DNA from: Chrysomallon squamiferum
Taxonomy: Eukaryota > Animalia > Mollusca
NCBI GenBank assembly: GCA_012295275.1
Contig: CM022665.1
Location: 17,980,001-18,044,000, forward strand
Length of the DNA: 64,000 nucleotides
Direction: 5' to 3'
Under the pieces are notes generated by a model. It saw only the letters and a program-made list of their open reading frames with translations. It had not been told where the DNA came from and ran no database searches. Within the stretch, counting starts at the first letter, position 1, and every line of letters starts with the position of its first letter. Positions 55,205-64,000 of the stretch are shown one piece after another. The position numbers were made by a program, and so were the translations under genes.

Positions 55205-56512
55205 CATGTGAAGAATTTTGTTTTCATTGGCATAGTTCCACAAATAATATAAACCTCACAAGTGTTTTTTATTTGAAAACTATTTTCATTACAGGTGTAA
55301 CTTTAGTTGAGGGATTTTGCTTTGTTAGTTTGACATCATTGTAAACATACAAATGTCGAATGGAAACTTAATTCTACTCCTTTTTTTTCTTTCTATCTTT
55401 TCTTTCTTCATAGCAGTAACTGTAAAAGAATTATGTTTGGCTTCATTTGTAAAATTATTCATCTGAGAAAACAAAAGTATCTGTGTAGTTCTGTAAATGA
55501 TACAAAATGGGAGTTTCTCAAAAATCTCATCTTATGTGCAATATTCTGTCATTACTTCATAAACATGAAAAATGGTATCAGTTTGAAGAGCCAAAATATA
55601 AAATATTTATAATAATCAGTTCTGTTTACTATTATTATATAAACACACAAAAAAAAATCATGTCTTCTGCAGTAACATAAAAGATAAAAATTCAAAATAT
55701 TTATATTAATCTATTCTGTCTACTATTACAGATTACTATAAAAAAAAATATTATAAATCTTCTGAATAGTGTAAATGGTAAAATTCTAGATATTTGAAAT
55801 AATATGTGAAAGTATGTGGTATGTGCTGAGCTGTCTGTTGAAATGTTTTCTGTCTGTGTATGTCAAGAAGAGACAAAGAACCAGTATTTAAAAAGCTGTA
55901 TAAAATGACTGATATAATTCATCAGTGTATTGATTCAGAAAGCTGCTGAGTAGGCAGTTTCTGTTTTCTTAGAAATCCCTTGATATTACTCCTTCTCACT
56001 GAATAATACATTCTCCAAGCCTTTTGTTATTATTATTATTTCTTAAAATTAATAAAAACTGAAAAGATTTGTTTTAAATTTATTTATATATATATATATT
56101 TTTTTTTTTTGCAAACAATTTTTCTTTTATATAATATTCTACAAATTCTATATTTTCTTCATAAAGAAAAATTCTCTAAACAGAAAAAAAGAGAAAAAAG
56201 ACAATTTCTTCAGAATCTTGGTTAACCATTTCAAAGTTTTGGTTGTAAAAAAAAAAGATCATCAAGTATTATTTGAAAAAAAAAAAATTAAAAAAAAGGA
56301 GAAATTAAAAATCTTTTAGATAAGTATCTGATAATGAAGAAAAATGTTTCTTCTTTTCTTGTTTATAATTAGAGTGACCTAGTTTTTGTTTCACCTGTAA
56401 TTTAGGTTGACCCAAATTTTTAACCTAGATTTTTTTTTACCTGTCTCTATGTAGACATTTTTAACTGTATGAAGAGCAGAAAAAATGTTTTAATTAGGAA
56501 CTTGTTCAGTAA

Positions 56513-56529
56513 TTTTTTTTTAGGTAAGT
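56513..56529 (+). other. Candidate recursive (ratchet) splice site T9-AG|GTAAGT
   Basis: TTTTTTTTTAG immediately followed by a perfect GTAAGT, on the gene strand, ~34.7 kb downstream of the 21852 donor. Confidence 0.35.
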
Positions 56530-59182
56530 AACTTCAAAATAACTTTAGTAATTGGATATCGTAAATTATTTGAAAAATGATTTTAATAGAAAAACTGTTT
56601 CTTTTGAAGATAAAATGTTTCTGTTGAAAGTTATAATGCATTTAATTAAGCTAGATTTCAAAATACATAAATAAATAATTTAATTAAAATAGATTTCAAA
56701 ATAAATAAATAAATTATTTAGTTAAACAAGATTTCAAAAAACAAAACAAAAAAACACATAAATTAAACTAGATTTCAAAATAAATAAATATACTGGAGTA
56801 GATGAAATAAAATGAATACATTTTTAATAATATAAATTTACTGAAATAATAATTATAGTGTATTAGACAGAATATTGATATATCTGACAATAAATTTTAG
56901 ACTCATGATGGATAATTATAAGAAATGAAATTAATTAACTTTTAAGCAACAGTCAAAACAGATATCCAAACTGAGTAATAATAACTTATATGATGATACA
57001 AGCTTCCACAGCGAGGACACTTTTAAACGAAACAACAAGCAGCAAGATTTCTTTTCTTTATACCTTCAGAAACAAAAGTACAGTCAGTTCTTCAAAAACA
57101 TCCTTCAAAATAGGTTGGACTTGGAAAACATCCAGTTGGTACTGTTAAGGGATTTGATCCTATGATAAGAGCTCATTAGAACATACTAATGCATTTTCAC
57201 ACATTGCTCAATTCTGATATAGGTTTCGTTTAAACTCATTTCCTAAGACACACATGGTTAATTTTAATATCAAATATACACTGTTTATTTTAGAGTTTTT
57301 GTTTAAACTCATTTTTCTTTTAATGATATGACTAATGCACACAGCTTAATTTCAATATCAAACATTCAATATTTATGATTTGTGCAAATTTGCTTTATTT
57401 TTACCATCATTCAAAAAGCAATTTTATTAACATTCTTCTTGCATCCATGTCAGCACGTGTCATTACTTTTCATATAAAATTTGTGATATACCAACTGGAA
57501 AGGTAAATTAAATTGGCCAGCGATGAAAGAAGAAAAAAGTCTTCTTCTTTTTCTTTTTTTTTCCTTTTTTAACATCATATTTTAATCATGACTAATCAAC
57601 TTCTATATGGCACCGCACATATAATTATAATTTAGAGATGGGGAACCAGGTTCTGTCATGCTATGGGCTTCTGTTTTTAATTATGAATTTTTATAAGCTC
57701 TAATGACAAACAGGGTAATACATACCACAACATTTGTTAAACAAATTGTGAAGAACTTGTTGAAAATCAATCATTCAGTGCTGAAATAATCACACATGAG
57801 CTAGTGTTTTTAATCACTTAACTATTTTCAGTACCTGGCCACCACAGGGATTGGATCCCAGACTGATCAAGTATTAAGTGATTGCTAAAGCAACTTGTCT
57901 ATTTCTGCTTAATCAAAAAGAGCAATCTACTGGAATGCGAAACTGTCTGATAAAAATGACATGTCCAGGGAAATGTCCATTGATTTTGTTTGTGGTCAGC
58001 GAGATGGCCATTAATGACCATTGTCCACAAATCAGTGATGGTCAACTTGCTTACCAAATGACAGTTTCTCACTTTGCTGGGTTTTGGCAAAGTCTGGAGG
58101 TTTTTCAATGGAGTTATTTGTTACCATGGTGATGACCTTGTTCAGAAAGGATTTAATTTGGTCTGATTCAATGATTTATTGTTTGTGATGTAATTAAATA
58201 TTGTGAAAGTAAATCATGGTAAAACAATATAAAGATATTTGTTTAAAATGTAGAAATAATAGATTTATTGTTGTATATTAGGAAATGCAATACAATGTTG
58301 TGTTTAACATCATCAACATTGTAATAATAATGTAGTATTAAATAATCCGTAAAGCAGTAATACTCAGTACTGTATTATCTATATAATTAAAACTAATATA
58401 ACACTGTATATAAAAATAAATTTAAATATTATTATATTTCATAAAAGTCATTAAGATGATAATTTAAATTTAGATATATGTTGCTCCATAGCTTGAAAAA
58501 ATAACAAGTTCTAATTTAAACTGCAAAATGTTACTGAAATCCACACACTTCTGTTTGTGAGAAGGTGTTTACAAAATTTCTGTTGTTGCTATACATCAAG
58601 ATTAAACCAGCAGTGTGTGACAAATGATTTCCTCTCTTATTCTCATTATTAAAAAAACATAACTATTACTCACCCACTAACTCCCTCATTCACCCATTCA
58701 TTCATTCACTCACCTCATTTACTAACTCATTCATTCACCCACTCACTTTCACACTCACTCACTCACTCTGATACAAAACACACCACTGATCTATGGACTC
58801 ACTGACTCTCCTATAGGTAGTTTAAAAAAAAAAAATATTACTCTGTTACTTTATGACCTACACTAATTGCAAACTTCCTATAGCAGCATGCCAACATCCG
58901 GAAAAAAACTTTCCCTGTCACAGAGACCTGGACTCTTTATAGAAATTTTAATCATCAAGAGTGAGGCAAATTGCCATCGTTTTTGCTGCAGACTAAATTA
59001 GACTGTTCCATTTTATCTGACTTATAGTATTTTAATTCAGGAAGGAAGACTTTTTCTTTTTTCTTATTCAATTTCAGTTTTTTTTTTCTTCCTTTTTTTA
59101 TGTTATTTTATTTGTATTTATTTATTTTATTATTATTATTGTTTTTTTCTTATTGCATTTTATTTATTTTTATTTATTTTAT

Positions 59183-59221
<39 letters not shown>

Positions 59222-61456
59222 AATTTCTATTTTTTTTTTTTTTTTTTTTTACAGTTGGTGCCCTTTAATTATTTAATGCAGCCTAATCATGTTAACCCTT
59301 TAATTGCCGCACTCAATGATTGAATGCATAATAAAGAGCATTTCTGTGTTAGCTTGAACAATAACCTTTGAGTTGAATAAGAATCTAATTAATCTTCATC
59401 TGCTCATGCAACTGTAGTGTCTGCTGATTGCAGTCACAATACAAGGTCAATATTCTCTTAATGAAAGTTTACTGTTGTGTGAGAGACTGTTCATTTAAAT
59501 TTTTGTTGTAACTTGTAATAAATATTCACTGACACACACACAGAGAGACAGAGAGAGAGAGACAGAGAGACAGAGAGAGAGAGAGAGAGAGAGTCTTGGA
59601 TAAACAGGTGGAGACTGCAGCACAGAAAGAGAAACAGAGGGAATGGATAACAAAATGAGATGGAGAAAAAGAGAGAAAGAAACAGAAAGAGAAATGAAGG
59701 GAGTTAGAGAGAGAAAGAAAGAAAGAGCAAGAAACTGAAATGCAAAGAGAAAGAGAAGTAGAGAGGGAAATGTGATACTAAGTAATGTGAGGAAAAGAGG
59801 AAAAAAGAGAAATGGATAAAAAGTTACAGAGAGAATAAAAGAGAGATACTGAAATGAACATAAAAAATGATATAGAAAGAGAGTGAGAGTGAGATAGAGT
59901 GCAAGAGAGATAGAGAGAGTGAGAGAGAAAGAGAAAGTGAGAGAATGAAAGGATGAGAGAGAATGAAAGGATGAGAGAGAGAGAAAGAAAGAGACAGATA
60001 GAGAGGATAATTTGTTATATAATAATAACTATAAAAATACATTAAAACTATATATATATGTGTGGTGTAGACAGATACATATATATACAGATACATAAAC
60101 TTTAATGCATTTTTATATATATTGGATCCAAAAGAGCATGAAGCCATTTTTCTGACAGACACTAATTACAGAAGCATATTGAAGAAAAAAAACAAAATAA
60201 CAACCTGTAAAATATTTTCTCAGCATCCGGTCTGTATGAAGAGACTGCAGTGAGAGACATATTTGAAAATGAGCTCTATTAATGTACATTACTTAAAGCC
60301 CATGTTAATAGCCATCCATTAAAATAAGCCGTTGGTGTGTTTTCCTTCACTAGCCCAAAAGCATTACAGCAAAATTCCATGTTGTCTCTACTCACAAGAG
60401 ATAACCTTTTTCTTCTCTTGACCTTTAGACTTAACTTCTTTTTTCTTTTTTTTATCATTTTAAAGTGATTTGTGTATGCTATTTTAAGTTAGTGAAAAGA
60501 AAAATACTCAATGGTGGTGAATATAAAGGAATTCAAAGTTTGATGTTTGACATCTTGTGTGGAATACTGCTGGTGATGTTTTGGGAAAATATTTTGTATT
60601 TTTTTTATCTTTGACTGTCTTCATGTGTATGTGTGTCTATGCATGTATGTGTCTCTGTATGTGTGTGTGCATGTGCATCTGTGTGTTTGTGAATGTGTAT
60701 GTGTATCTGTATATCTGTGTCTGTCTCTATATGTGTCTGTGTGTCTGTGTCTGTATATATCTGTGTGTGTGTTTGTTGTATTTGTTTGTGTCTATATTTT
60801 TATTTTTATTATTATCTCTTTGACTGCCTCTCAGTCTTTTTATATTTTTCTGTCTGTCTCCCTTCCTTTTTATCTCTCTGTCTTTTTATCTTTCTTTTTC
60901 TTTCTTTTACTCCATTTTTCCTTTCACTTCATTTCTCTCTTCCTCCTCTTCTCTCTATCCCTCCAGACATTTTTGAAGATTCTTTTTTTCATGTGTTTTT
61001 TTTTCTTCTAATATCAAATTAAAGGAAAGTGAACTCTGGTATTGATCTGCCTGCCGGCTCCAAGTTAACCGATTACCTTTCAAGGATGAAAATACAAATA
61101 GGCAAGCAGGTCATCTATCATTAGTGGGATAGGAACGGTCTTAAAGAGACCACAAATATAAAACCAATACATCTTTAACCTGACTGTCATATTCCCTCCA
61201 CCATCTCTGATGTGGAAGAATTTCCAGAGAGACTCCCTTTAATACAGATTTGTGAAAATATTTTGTTTAAAAATATTTTTTTTTTTTAAAGTTATTGATG
61301 TAGTGGTGTTTTCAGATACTTTTCATAAGGTTTTTTTTTGTGTGTATTTTTCTGTTCATTTCTTCTCTTTTTTTTTTTAAGTCATCGTATCAAAATGTTT
61401 TGTGTTGTTTTATGGGGTTTTTTTGGCTGTTTTTTTTTTAATTCTGCTTTATAAAG

Positions 61457-61465
61457 ATCAGAAGG
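61457..61465 (+). CDS. Candidate 9-nt microexon ATCAGAAGG (phase 1-1; adds DQK)
   Basis: T-rich tract gtttttttttt-aattctgctttat followed by AAG (61454-61456). TGC at 61445. No AG for ~73 nt upstream. Donor AGG|GTAAGT at 61466. Confidence 0.5.
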
Positions 61466-61478
61466 GTAAGTGTATTTT

Positions 61479-61511
<33 letters not shown>

Positions 61512-62256
61512 GTTTCTGTTATTGTTATTTCATTATTGTTGTTGTTATTATTGTCATATTTTATTAATTCTGTAAAAAAATATTTAACCTTATAAGTAGA
61601 AAAATGCCAAACCAAATTAAATTATTTATTAAATCTCTGGACAATTACAGAAAATTCCCCATCAGAAAATCTCAAAGACACCCCCTCTATCATTCCACGC
61701 CCACAGCAACCCATGGGGTGATGAAATGGAATGAGGATATGACCTGACTATAAGCAGATTAATATTCATGTGGTTTTATTAGGCTGCTATTGAATTATTG
61801 TAATAACTGCCCTCAGCATGGTAGCTAATTCATGTATGCCATTAGTTTATTAACTGTTGTGAAATGGCTCAAACCAGATGGACAGAAATGTTAACAGACT
61901 CAGTTTTTTAAATAAAATATTTCATTGATTTGTATTTGAAAAACTGCATCATTCTAATGAAAAACCTTTTAGGCTGAAATGAAATACTCGATTGATTTTG
62001 GATGAGATTATTACTCAGACATTTTTCTTAACCTTTACACTGAGGTCAAAACTTCCTCAATGTTTTTGTCTGAGGCATGAAGGGTCACAGGTTCAAACCT
62101 TCACAGTCCAGACTCTACACTGTTTCCAGTTCTAACCATATCAGTTGAACTATGCATTAGTACATGCTTTTAAAAAACACCATTTTAAATATTTGAGATA
62201 TTTCATTAATATTTTACTGTACACAGCAAGTAACAGCATCACCATACTAATCCTAA

Positions 62257-62313
<57 letters not shown>

Positions 62314-62588
62314 GTGTATGTGTATGTGTGTGGGTGTGTATATGGGTAAAAGTAGAAATGTCTTCTGGAATACAATATTTCTGATGATGATGTAAATAAT
62401 TTAACCTTGTCTGTCTGTTGGTTTAGTCAGCACAGTAATATAGATATCTGTGATATTCATGATGTTAGCTGGACAACATTGTTATCAGTGTTTTATAGTT
62501 TAATTGTTAGTATCCTGTGCTGAAATGTAATGTGTGTTTTTATGTATGTGCACGTGTGATTGTACATATGTATGTATGTGTATATGTG

Positions 62589-62606
62589 TGTGTATGGATG
62601 TATATG

Positions 62607-62655
<49 letters not shown>
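62589..62655. repeat. (GT)n microsatellite
   Basis: Direct reading. Confidence 0.95.
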
Positions 62656-62658
<3 letters not shown>

Positions 62659-63684
62659 GTGAAATAAATGTTGGAATTAAACGAGAAATGGATATAGAGA
62701 ATGAATGTAAGAACTGACTGAATACATAGTTGTATGAAAGCTTATATAGAAAGAAAAAAAAGATAGGAATAATATGACATATGGTTATAAGATTCAAACA
62801 TGTGGACAGACAGATGGATGAATGGATGAAAAATGAAAATTACTCTTTAACGAAATACTGTTTCTTTCAAATACAACTGCAATTCTGCTTCAAAAATGTT
62901 TAGCAAAATGGTTTTTTATAAAAAGCTTGTGTGTAAAATTCACTTTGGTTGCTTCATATCAGCTAATATTTGTATATAATTACAATATGTCTTCTGAAAG
63001 CTTCACTAAACCAAAACCTTTATTCTTCTTTTAAAAAAAAAGAGTAAAATAGAAGGATTTTGTTAGTAACACAAAGGAGCCAAATTAAGTCAAGATAGAA
63101 ACTGTTTTACATTATTTTTAACCGACTACACAAAACAGTCAATTCCACGTCTGCACTGACAAACATAAAGGAAAGCGGTTATAATATTACGACCACATTT
63201 AAGGGATGATGCTGCAGGAATGGGAAAAGCATTTAAATTAGTGAAGGCAATAATATGCAGGGAGTAAATGAAATTGAGTAATAAACTTGAGAAAAGGCAG
63301 ATGGCTGCAATTACTGGTGTCTTCATAAGAATGGAAATCTTTTTGATCTCCAACTTGTATGAAGTATTGTCAGGCAACATCAAAAGCTGTCTTTATGTAG
63401 AATAAATCTACAGATCATCAGATCTGGATGGCTTTGAATGACATAGATAGGAAAATGTGATGACCAGCATGCCTCATTGAATTTAGAGTTTTGTACAATG
63501 GGATTCTAAATATCAGTTATGATCCACAGGGATCTTATATATTGTGTTCATATATTTGTTTTTTATTTCCCTTGTTGGAGAAATATCAGTTTTATTTATC
63601 TCTTGTGTTGTTATCTGAATACAAATTAACTATATATTTCATTGTTGTGTGGGTTTTTTTATGGTTATTGTTATTTATTTATTT

Positions 63685-63925
63685 ATTATTACTACTACAC
63701 TTACAACTACTACCACTGCCAATGCTTCTAGTGCCACTACATCTACTACCTTTACTACTACTACTATTACTGTTATTTCTACTAATACAACTGCTACAAG
63801 AACCACTACTACTATTCCACCTGCAACTACTACTACTTCTTATACTACTACTACTACAACAACTGCTACAGCTGCAACTACTACTACAACTACTGCTGCA
63901 ACTAATACTACTAGTTACTGCTACT
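63685..63925. repeat. Degenerate (ACT)n tract
   Basis: Direct reading. Confidence 0.85.
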
Positions 63926-64000
63926 GGGGTGATGTGAGATCAACACAGTTTTTCTTCTCTCTAACAATCGAATACATTGACATTAACTAGTTAGACAACC

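Noticed and set aside
57213-57245. Minimal hammerhead (minus strand ATGAG-TTTAAA-CGAAAC)
   Set aside because: It lacks the CUG of the CUGANGA core.
63126-63500. 85-aa minus-strand ORF in a GC-richer island
   Set aside because: No recognisable domain or splice signals, and the + frames have many stops. Left unassigned.

Overview
AT-rich (roughly 25-30% GC by eye), strongly CpG-depleted animal genomic DNA packed with microsatellites and locally born minisatellites. It is not prokaryotic, and almost all ORF-track entries are low-complexity artefacts. A mollusc-like invertebrate source is only a guess. The best-supported content is the 5' end of one very large + strand gene for a secreted or cell-surface protein. 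A 5'-leader exon (3517-3687, three to four uORFs, ATG at 3661, donor AAG|GTAAGA) splices in frame across an 18-kb intron to a signal-peptide exon (21761-21851, MYKLEKRLPVWLMCIILAVCLSFGFKSAQ-G|GTGAGT, phase 1). At least 42 kb of intron follows, with no ordinary-sized coding exon that I could find. That intron holds the most interesting signal: three candidate frame-preserving microexons (9, 6 and 9 nt at 47789, 48300 and 61457). Each has an AAG acceptor after a 60-75 nt AG-free zone containing UGC, plus a perfect GT(A/G)AGT donor, and together they read AQ-VFGPLDQK without stops. There is also a candidate recursive splice site (T9AG|GTAAGT, 56521-56529). Other features are RFX X-box motifs, CpG-retaining islands, degenerate tRNA-like SINE heads, a decayed hammerhead-like Penelope-type motif and possible decayed ORF relics. 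The gene cannot be named from this window, and all exon calls are by-eye predictions that need RNA-seq.
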